Under the pieces are notes generated by a model, which saw only the letters and a program-made list of their open reading frames with translations, was not told where the DNA came from and searched no databases. Positions 46,577-53,993 of a stretch of 64,000 nucleotides of DNA are shown piece after piece. The position numbers and the translations under genes were made by a program. Every line of letters starts with the position of its first letter. Within the stretch, counting starts at the first letter, position 1. The stretch comes from Lachnospiraceae bacterium. Its GTDB lineage: Bacteria; Bacillota; Clostridia; Lachnospirales; Lachnospiraceae. The stretch spans positions 3,994 through 67,993 of the forward strand of contig JAFTAP010000029.1 in NCBI GenBank assembly GCA_017455525.1, given 5' to 3'.

Positions 46577-47369
46577 GTCTTATTTAAAAGGGCTAGGGCT
46601 CGGTATATTCGTGACGGCGCTCATAATGTCTCTTTCCTCTAAGAACGTTAAGGGAGAGATGAGCGATGCGGAGATAATGGAGAGGGCGAGCGAGCTTGGC
46701 ATGGTCTCTGAGAATGCGATGCTTCTGTCCGAGGCTAAGGAGGCGGCAGATAAGGCTCAGGCGGAAGCAATGGAGAAGGCAACGGAAGCTTTAATGCAGC
46801 CTGAATCAGATAATATCGCTCCGTTATCGGCAAATGCGCCCTCATCTAATGCCGCAGTCAGCATAAATGGTGAGATCAGTGGGAATAAGACGGTTAGCAG
46901 TAACGGTGAGATAATTGATGTGCCGGGAAGTTCTCCTGCAAGATCATCTTCATCGGCTAAGGCTTCCGAGAAGGAGAATCAGGCAGGGACAGCCGGAGCA
47001 TCGGGGGTTAGTGCGACTTCATCAGCTAAGAGCGAAGCTTCTCCTGCATCGGATGCTTCCCTGAATACGGAAAGCGTAAATTCGGATCCATCAGGCTCCG
47101 TCCAGCAGACTGATGCGAACGGTAATAATGAAACCGAAAGCGATTCATCCGCATCATCAGAGGTAGTCATAATAAACGTAAGCTCAGGCGATGGCTCCAT
47201 GTCAGTCGCTACTAAGATGGTTCAGTCGGGGCTTATATCTGACGCAAGACAGTTTGATTCGTATCTCGTGCTTTCAGGCTACGACCGACGTTTGGTTGTA
47301 GGGCCTCATCCCATCCCCAAGAATGCCACTCCCGCTGAAATGGGAGCCATCCTCACGTCAAAACAATAA
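46566..47369 (+). CDS. Hypothetical membrane-anchored Ser-rich protein with a YceG/MltG N-terminal-like C-domain.
   Basis: I prefer the ATG at 46566 (GGGAGGG upstream). N-terminus MSRRSYLKGLGLGIFVTALIM. C-terminal NVSSGDGSMSVATKMVQSGLISDARQFDSYL...GPHPIP resembles the LysM-like N-domain of MltG. Confidence 0.55.
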   Translation: MSRRSYLKGLGLGIFVTALIMSLSSKNVKGEMSDAEIMERASELGMVSENAMLLSEAKEAADKAQAEAMEKATEALMQPESDNIAPLSANAPSSNAAVSINGEISGNKTVSSNGEIIDVPGSSPARSSSSAKASEKENQAGTAGASGVSATSSAKSEASPASDASLNTESVNSDPSGSVQQTDANGNNETESDSSASSEVVIINVSSGDGSMSVATKMVQSGLISDARQFDSYLVLSGYDRRLVVGPHPIPKNATPAEMGAILTSKQ

Positions 47370-47370
47370 G

Positions 47371-47399
47371 TTGCTAAAAGGCTTGATTTGTGCTATTAT
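47371..47399 (+). promoter_or_regulatory. Sigma-A type promoter of rpsB-tsf.
   Basis: TTGCTA (47371-47376), 17-nt spacer, TATTAT (47394-47399). It predicts a leader of about 125 nt. Confidence 0.5.
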
Positions 47400-47530
47400 T
47401 TTTCCTTGTGCGGAATGGTTCGCACTTCAACCATTAAACACATATCCGGATACGGCGCTTCTGTGGTGCTCTTAAGAGTTGGAGCGTGACGAAGGATATG
47501 GATGCAAAACCAAAAAGGAGGATTTTTGCA

Positions 47531-48331
47531 ATGAGTATTATTTCAATGAAGCAGCTTCTGGAAGCCGGAGTGCATTTCGGTCATCAGACCAGAAGGTGGA
47601 ATCCCAAGATGGCACCGTATATCTATACGGAGAGGAACGGCATTTATATCATTGACCTGCAAAAGAGCGTGGGGCTTGTTGATGAGGCTTATAATGCCGT
47701 AGGCGACATCGTGGCGAACGGGGGAAGCATCCTTTTCGTGGGCACGAAGAAGCAGGCGCAGGAGGCTATAAGGACGGAGGCAGAGCGTTGCGGCATGTTC
47801 TATGTGAATGAGAGATGGCTTGGCGGCATGCTCACGAACTTTGATACGATAAAGTCAAGGATCAAGAGACTTAAGGATATCGAGGCAATGAAGGATGACG
47901 GCACGTTCGAGAAGCTTCCAAAGAAAGAGGTCGCCCTGCTTCAGAAGGAGCTTAGTAAGCTTCAGAAGAACCTTGGCGGGATCAAGGAGATGAGGCGTAT
48001 ACCTGATGCTATATTCATAGTAGATCCTAAGAAGGAGCATCTTTGCGTAGCGGAAGCAAGGAAACTTGGCATCACGCTTATAGGCATATGTGATACGAAC
48101 TGCGATCCAGAGGAGCTTGACTATGTTATCCCGGGAAATGACGATGCTATAAGGGCTGTAAAGCTTATAGTTTCAAAGATGGCCGACGCAGTAGTTGAGG
48201 CAAAACAGGGAGTGGCCGGTGGATACGAGGAAGCTGAAGCAGACGGCGAAGAAGCCGCAGATGATAGTGAAGATGAATCCGTAGAAGCAGACGATGCAGA
48301 TGCGGAAGATACAAATGAGGACGAAGAGTAA
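47531..48331 (+). CDS. rpsB: 30S ribosomal protein S2.
   Basis: [30 protein letters not shown] at 47531 preceded by AAAAGGAGGA. The upstream extension from 47486 is rejected. Confidence 0.95.
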   Translation: MSIISMKQLLEAGVHFGHQTRRWNPKMAPYIYTERNGIYIIDLQKSVGLVDEAYNAVGDIVANGGSILFVGTKKQAQEAIRTEAERCGMFYVNERWLGGMLTNFDTIKSRIKRLKDIEAMKDDGTFEKLPKKEVALLQKELSKLQKNLGGIKEMRRIPDAIFIVDPKKEHLCVAEARKLGITLIGICDTNCDPEELDYVIPGNDDAIRAVKLIVSKMADAVVEAKQGVAGGYEEAEADGEEAADDSEDESVEADDADAEDTNEDEE

Positions 48332-48335
48332 GAAG

Positions 48336-48428
48336 GGGAGCATGATACCGTTAGCGCCTGTGTTTTAGGCGGTTACGGTAGCAGCTACGAACGGTCTGAT
48401 TTAGATAATAAACTAGCGTTATTAGAGG
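48336..48428 (+). repeat. Copy B of the structured element of about 93 nt, in the rpsB-tsf intergenic region.
   Basis: See 1502..1594. It starts 5 nt after the rpsB stop and ends at the tsf SD. Confidence 0.7.
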
Positions 48429-48439
48429 AGGATGCGAAA

Positions 48440-49402
48440 ATGGCACAGATAACAGCAGCTACAGTCAAGCAGTTACGTGAGATGACCGGAGCCGGTATGA
48501 TGGACTGTAAGAAGGCGCTTGCGGCTACGGACGGAGATATGGATAAGTCCGTTGAATGGCTTAGAGAGAAAGGTCTTGCTGGTTCTGAGAAGAAGGCAGG
48601 ACGCCAGACGGTAGAAGGATTGTCACTTACTTGCGCTACAGATGACGCTAAGAAGGCGGCAGTAGTCGAGGTTAATATCGAGACTGATTTCGCGGCTGAT
48701 ACGGATAAGTTCAAGGAGTATGTGAATGCCGTTGCGAAGCAGGCACTGGATTCTTCCGCTGCGGATATGGAGGCTTTCCTTGCGGAGAAGTGGCAGAAGG
48801 ATCCTTCCATGACAGTTGAGGATGCAAGGAAGCAGGCTGTCGCTGATATCTCCGAGAATATAGGCTTGAGAAGATTTGAGAGGATCGAGGAGAATAACGG
48901 TTTTATTGCCACTTATATTCATGCGGGCGGGAAAATCGGCGTGCTCGTGGATGTAGAGACGGATGTTATAAATGACGCAGTAAAGGAGATGGGTAAGAAT
49001 GTCGCCATGCAGGTAGCGGCGCTTTCACCTAAGTTCACGAGACAGAGCGAGATAGACGCTTCATATATTGATCACGAGAAGGAGATCCTTAAGGCACAGA
49101 TAGAGAACGATCCCAAGGAGGCGGCTAAGCCTGATAAGGTCAAGGAAGGCATGATAATGGGACGTATTAATAAGGAGATGAAGGAAATCTGCCTTGTGGA
49201 TCAGGTCTATGTCAAGGCCGAGGACGGGAAGCAGAGCGTGCAGAAGTATGTTGACGAGGTCGCGAGGGCTAACAGCGCCAAGATCAATATAAAGAAGTTC
49301 GTGAGATTCCAGACCGGTGAGGGCATGGAGAAGAAGGAAGAGGACTATGCGGCAGAGGTTGCTAAGCAGATAGCCGAGGCATCCGGCTCGAACGACAAAT
49401 GA
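48440..49402 (+). CDS. tsf: Translation elongation factor Ts.
   Basis: AATVKQLREMTGAGMMDCKKAL UBA-like N-terminus. Position after rpsB. Confidence 0.95.
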   Translation: MAQITAATVKQLREMTGAGMMDCKKALAATDGDMDKSVEWLREKGLAGSEKKAGRQTVEGLSLTCATDDAKKAAVVEVNIETDFAADTDKFKEYVNAVAKQALDSSAADMEAFLAEKWQKDPSMTVEDARKQAVADISENIGLRRFERIEENNGFIATYIHAGGKIGVLVDVETDVINDAVKEMGKNVAMQVAALSPKFTRQSEIDASYIDHEKEILKAQIENDPKEAAKPDKVKEGMIMGRINKEMKEICLVDQVYVKAEDGKQSVQKYVDEVARANSAKINIKKFVRFQTGEGMEKKEEDYAAEVAKQIAEASGSNDK

Positions 49403-49415
49403 TTTTTGTCGTTCG
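49389..49415 (+). other. 11-bp perfect stem-loop overlapping the tsf stop codon. Possibly a weak terminator or an RNA stabiliser.
   Basis: CGAACGACAAA, loop TGATT, TTTGTCGTTCG. No downstream U-tract. Confidence 0.3.
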
Positions 49416-49467
49416 CACCGGATACCTCCGGGGGATAGAAATTGATGCAATTATTTGAGGTATTGAT

Positions 49468-50499
49468 ATGATTAAGAAGGATATCGACTGGGGAAATCTT
49501 GGATTCGGCTATATAAAGACGGATAAAAGATACGTATCTGATTATAAGGACGGAAAGTGGGATGACGGCCGTATAACGGAGGACGACACGATAACGCTCA
49601 GCGAGTGTGCCTGCGTCTTCCAGTATGCCCAGACCGTTTTTGAGGGACTTAAGGCGTATACGACAAAGGACGGCAAGACGGTATGCTTCAGGCCTGACCT
49701 TAATGCGGAGAGGATGATGACATCCGCCGAGAGGCTTGAGATGCCTGTTTTCCCGAAAGAAAGATTCCTTGATGCGGTGCGTCAGACCGTGAAGGCCAAC
49801 GAGGAATATGTTCCGCCATATGGTTCGGGAGCTACGCTTTATATCAGGCCTTTCATGTTCGGATCTAATCCGGTAATAGGAGTGAAGCCTGCTGATGAGT
49901 ATCAGTTCAGAATATTCACTACTCCCGTGGGTCCTTATTTTAAGGGCGGGGCAAAGCCTATAACTGTCCGGATAAGTGACTTTGACAGGGCGGCGCCTCA
50001 TGGCACAGGCGATATAAAGGCAGGACTTAACTATGCTATGAGCCTTCATGCGATAGTTGACGCTCATAATGAAGGCTATGCGGAGAATATATATCTGGAT
50101 CCCGGAAGCAGGACTAAGATAGAAGAGACAGGCGGAGCCAATATCATCTTCATCGATAGTGACGGGAATATGGTTACTCCTAAGTCTGGTTCCATACTGC
50201 CGTCCATTACCAGAAGGTCGCTTATGGTCGTTGCCGAGAAGTATCTTGGCATGAAGGTTACGCAGAGGGAGATCACTCTTGAGGAAGTGGCAGGAGGAGC
50301 TTTCAAGGAGTGCGGACTTTGTGGCACTGCAGCCGTCATATCTCCAGTTGGCTGTATTAATGATCACGGCAAAGAGATACGCTTCGCTTCAGGCATGGAG
50401 GAGATGGGCGAAGTCACTAAGAAGCTTTATGACACGCTCACCGGTATACAGATGGGAACCATAGAGGCTCCGGAGGGTTGGATCTTCGAGATAGATTAA
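49468..50499 (+). CDS. ilvE: Branched-chain amino acid aminotransferase.
   Basis: Class IV aminotransferase features: VFEGLKAY, TGDIKAGLNY (PLP Lys region), LCGTAAVISPV. Confidence 0.9.
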   Translation: MIKKDIDWGNLGFGYIKTDKRYVSDYKDGKWDDGRITEDDTITLSECACVFQYAQTVFEGLKAYTTKDGKTVCFRPDLNAERMMTSAERLEMPVFPKERFLDAVRQTVKANEEYVPPYGSGATLYIRPFMFGSNPVIGVKPADEYQFRIFTTPVGPYFKGGAKPITVRISDFDRAAPHGTGDIKAGLNYAMSLHAIVDAHNEGYAENIYLDPGSRTKIEETGGANIIFIDSDGNMVTPKSGSILPSITRRSLMVVAEKYLGMKVTQREITLEEVAGGAFKECGLCGTAAVISPVGCINDHGKEIRFASGMEEMGEVTKKLYDTLTGIQMGTIEAPEGWIFEID

Positions 50500-50535
50500 G
50501 TGCTTTGTAATACTAAGTAAATGTAATATTTAAAT

Positions 50536-50563
50536 GAGGATTGCGTATTGTTTCGCAATCCTC
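50536..50563 (+). terminator. Stem-loop downstream of ilvE, a possible terminator lacking a clear U-tract.
   Basis: GAGGATTGCG, loop TATTGTTT, CGCAATCCTC (10-bp perfect stem). Confidence 0.4.
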
Positions 50564-50663
50564 AAAGTGTCTAGGTTTAGAAATTGCATCGGCAATTCCG
50601 AAACCGTGTTTCGCAGGATTCGTAAGAATCCTGTCCGAAGGATTTTGACACATTTTTCCGTAT

Positions 50664-52364
50664 ATGTGTCAAAACGGGTATGAAATGAGAAAGAAGAGAG
50701 TTCTCAATTACAACATAATATACGCCCTGCTCGCAGTGGTAGGCATCGTCGTCACTATAATCGCGTCCCTCAATCCTTATGAGAGGGACGTACATATGGT
50801 ACGTAACGGAGCGCGGTCTTATGATACGGATTGGGAGTATAAGAATAACCGTATCAATACCTACGATGTATGCAGTCTCCCCTTAAAGCTTGACCGGAAT
50901 GCGTATCAGGACATGACCGTAAGAAAGCTCCTCGGAAGCGAGAGCAGGGACGGCACTTATATAATGTACAGATCCAAGCATGCCGAGAACCATGTATTCG
51001 TCGGGAATAAGGAAGTTTATACATACGGAGACAGGATGTCGCCTTTATTTCCTCTGCCCGGCTCTGCATGGATAATAATCCCTCTGCATGATGATTATCA
51101 GGGGAAGTATCTCACTATAAAGCTTCATCGCATAGAGTCAAAATACGGCGGGCTCATGGAGGAAGCTGTCATAGGTGACAGGGCGGATTTGCTTGAAAAG
51201 CTGCTTACTGAGAATCTCTTAGGACTTATAACCTGTTTCATAATAGGTTTCGCATCGGTGCTTCTTTTATTCTTGGGAATATTAGAGTATAGGATGGTGA
51301 ATACGAGTAACCTCTTTTATCTCTCAGCATTCACTCTTGTAGTCTTTATCTGGTCGATGAATGAGACGCACTGCACCCAGCTTTTCTTCGGAAACATGGA
51401 GACAGTGTCGATACTTACTTATGAGGCTATAGCTTTTCTTCCCATGCCTATAATATCTTATTTCAGGAACAGCAGGCATAAGCAGGTAAAGGAAACCTGC
51501 AATGCCGTTGCTATAGTTCCGGTAGTAAATTATGTGTTGCTTAACGGTCTGCATTTCCTAGGGGCTTTTGATATGTCGGAGCTTCTGATCCTTACGCATA
51601 TCACTATATTCATTACGGCAGGGGCTATATGCGTGGCACATATCAGGTCAGGAGCCATTATCGGAAAGAAGAATGAAAGCGGGATGCCGGAGCTTACGTC
51701 TATCGGATTCATAGTGCTTGCGGTGTCTTCTTTTATTGATATAGGACATTATTATGCTTCAAGCTTCATCGATGCTTCGAGGTATTCAAGGATAGGGCTT
51801 CTGATCTTCGTGCTGCTTCTTGCCGTAGACACTATGCATGTCACGCTTGCCGATGAGGTGGAGATAAGGCGTGCAGAGGTCTATAAGTCGCTTGCCTTTA
51901 CAGATAACCTGACAGGACTTGGTAACAGGCAGGCTTACGAGCAGGAGATAGAGAAGATAGATGAGAGGGAGGAGCTTTTAGAACATCTTGTCGTAGGAAT
52001 GCTTGACCTTAACAACCTTAAGAGGACTAATGACGCAATGGGTCACGCCGAGGGCGACAGGTACATCATATCAAGCTCCGGCCTCGTGCAGAAGTATTTC
52101 GGCAAGATAGCGAAGATATACCGTATCGGAGGAGATGAGTTTGCGGTCATCTTCACGGGACATGACAGCGATGTGTACTTCGAGACGGAGGCTAATATGT
52201 TTGATGACATAATGAAGGACGGTAGGCAGGATATAAACTTCGCCTATGGCTCCGCAGTCTTCAATCATATAACCGACAGGAATGCGGGCGACACGATACG
52301 TCGCGCAGATGCCAAGATGTACGATTCCAAGCGTAAGTATAAGCATAAGGCGGGAGATGTGTGA
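50664..52364 (+). CDS. Polytopic membrane sensor diguanylate cyclase (7TMR-DISM-like N-terminal part plus GGDEF).
   Basis: N-terminal TM segment, extracytoplasmic domain of about 130 aa, about 7 TM helices, then LTGLGNRQAY...YRIGGDEFAVIF (intact GGDEF, no RxxD I-site). The real start may be the ATG at 50685. Confidence 0.8.
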   Translation: MCQNGYEMRKKRVLNYNIIYALLAVVGIVVTIIASLNPYERDVHMVRNGARSYDTDWEYKNNRINTYDVCSLPLKLDRNAYQDMTVRKLLGSESRDGTYIMYRSKHAENHVFVGNKEVYTYGDRMSPLFPLPGSAWIIIPLHDDYQGKYLTIKLHRIESKYGGLMEEAVIGDRADLLEKLLTENLLGLITCFIIGFASVLLLFLGILEYRMVNTSNLFYLSAFTLVVFIWSMNETHCTQLFFGNMETVSILTYEAIAFLPMPIISYFRNSRHKQVKETCNAVAIVPVVNYVLLNGLHFLGAFDMSELLILTHITIFITAGAICVAHIRSGAIIGKKNESGMPELTSIGFIVLAVSSFIDIGHYYASSFIDASRYSRIGLLIFVLLLAVDTMHVTLADEVEIRRAEVYKSLAFTDNLTGLGNRQAYEQEIEKIDEREELLEHLVVGMLDLNNLKRTNDAMGHAEGDRYIISSSGLVQKYFGKIAKIYRIGGDEFAVIFTGHDSDVYFETEANMFDDIMKDGRQDINFAYGSAVFNHITDRNAGDTIRRADAKMYDSKRKYKHKAGDV

Positions 52365-52666
52365 TGCGTTCCATAACCCGGCGCTATTTTCCTTTATTAG
52401 CTATGGCTTTGATAGCACTCCTTGCAACCGCTGATTTTTTTTTATTCAGGGAATACGAGTTTGTATGGCCTTTTTTTTTCATGCCCTATGCAGTGATGCT
52501 TATGATGTATCTTATATTATATTTCAAGTATGATGAAAGGAATATATTCATACTTGCCATATTCATATTTATTATCATACCGGTGTTCGCAGGTCTTACG
52601 ATGAGCATTGCGTGGATGGCTAAGATAGATTTCTGGGGCGAGCAGATACGCAGGATATCTATGTAA
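52364..52666 (+). CDS. Small hypothetical membrane protein (about 100 aa, 3 TM segments).
   Basis: TGATG overlap with the cyclase stop. Hydrophobic helices. Contains two T9 homopolymer tracts. Confidence 0.5.
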   Translation: MRSITRRYFPLLAMALIALLATADFFLFREYEFVWPFFFMPYAVMLMMYLILYFKYDERNIFILAIFIFIIIPVFAGLTMSIAWMAKIDFWGEQIRRISM

Positions 52667-52872
52667 ATGATGCTGGGGTCAAAAGCCCCTTTGCGTTGTT
52701 TATGATGCTTACGCATGGCTACGCAGCAAGCTGCTCTCGCCATGCTCCGTCCATTAGGAATCCGCTAATTTGCTACGCAAATTGCTACTTCCTCATGTTC
52801 GGGCGGGTCACAAGTTCCAAATCCTATTTGTGCAAGCACAATCGGATTTGTACCTTTTGACCCTAGCATCAT
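52667..52872. repeat. 206-bp hairpin-rich element bounded by 19-bp inverted repeats (18/19 match). A MITE-like or structured-RNA candidate.
   Basis: Left end ATGATGCTGGGGTCAAAAG. Right end CTTTTGACCCTAGCATCAT. Internal hairpins GCATGGC...GCCATGC, ATTTGC-TAC-GCAAAT, AAATCC...TTGTGC-AA-GCACAA...GGATTT. Confidence 0.6.
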
Positions 52873-52979
52873 ACTATATGTTGTGTGCTGAAAAAATTTT
52901 AAAATTCTTTTGCTTTTTTTGAAAAGGATTTTATTTTTTTTTGTCGTATTAGGATAAAGACTGATTATTTTACATAACT

Positions 52980-53990
52980 ATGACAATAAGAGAATCTATA
53001 GAAGAAATTGAAAAAAAGACTCTAAGCCCCTATGCGGTTTTTTCATCGGAGTCTAAGGGTCGGGTGAGGGATGAGAGCGAGGATGACCTTCGTCCGGTAT
53101 TTCAGCGTGACAGGGACAGGATACTGCATTCTAAGTCCTTCAGGAGACTGAAGGATAAGACGCAGGTATTTCTTACTCCTCAGGGAGATCATTACAGGAC
53201 GAGGCTCATACATACGCTTGAGGTTTCGCAGAACGCCCGCACCGTAGCTAAGGCTCTAAGGCTTAATGAGGATCTTGTCGAGGCGATAGCTTTAGGGCAT
53301 GACCTTGGACATACGCCATTCGGACATGCGGGAGAAAGGGCTCTTGCAAGAGTCTGTTCGCTGGGGTTTGAGCACTCGGAGCAGTCGCTCAGGGTCGTAG
53401 ATGTGCTTGAAAAGGATATGGCAGGGCTTAACCTTACCTTCGAGGTGAGGGATGGAATCGTAAATCACAGGACGGCGGGGCATCCTGCAACTCTTGAGGG
53501 GAAGATAGTTCAGTTCTCCGACAAGATAGCCTACATGCATCACGACATGGACGATGCGATAAGAGCGGGGATTCTTGCTGATGATTCGGTGCCTTCACAT
53601 ATAGGCGACGTGGCGGGATATAAGACGGCGGAGCGGCTTGATTATTTCATACATGATATCGTAACGGAAAGTATAGGTAAGGATGATATATGCATGTCAG
53701 AGTCTGCGGCTAAGGCAATGAAGGATCTGCGGGAGTGGATGTTTAAGAGCGTATACACGAATCCCAAGGCAAAGAGCGAGGAGGGAAAGGCGGAGAGCCT
53801 TATCGAGTCGCGTTATATGTATTTCTTCAATCGCCCCGATAGACTTCCAATGGAATACAGACAGCTGATGTCCAGGACGAATGATCCGTTGGAGCGGATA
53901 GTATGCGACTATATCTCATCCATGACGGACAGGTATGCCATAGGAGTTTATTCGGATTTATTTATCCCTACTTCCTGGGCGGTGAAATAA
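52980..53990 (+). CDS. dGTP triphosphohydrolase-like HD-domain protein.
   Basis: LSPYAVFSSESKGR, FQRDRDRILHS, RLIHTLEVSQ, GHDLGHTPFGH motifs. No obvious SD. Same position upstream of dnaG as in other Firmicutes. Confidence 0.88.
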   Translation: MTIRESIEEIEKKTLSPYAVFSSESKGRVRDESEDDLRPVFQRDRDRILHSKSFRRLKDKTQVFLTPQGDHYRTRLIHTLEVSQNARTVAKALRLNEDLVEAIALGHDLGHTPFGHAGERALARVCSLGFEHSEQSLRVVDVLEKDMAGLNLTFEVRDGIVNHRTAGHPATLEGKIVQFSDKIAYMHHDMDDAIRAGILADDSVPSHIGDVAGYKTAERLDYFIHDIVTESIGKDDICMSESAAKAMKDLREWMFKSVYTNPKAKSEEGKAESLIESRYMYFFNRPDRLPMEYRQLMSRTNDPLERIVCDYISSMTDRYAIGVYSDLFIPTSWAVK

Positions 53991-53993
53991 GCA

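Noticed and set aside
49345-50367. 340-aa ORF on the minus strand, the longest minus-strand ORF in the window.
   Set aside because: It lies entirely antisense to the strongly supported ilvE gene. Its translation is Arg/Ser/Leu-rich with no recognisable motif and there is no RBS. It is a typical shadow ORF.
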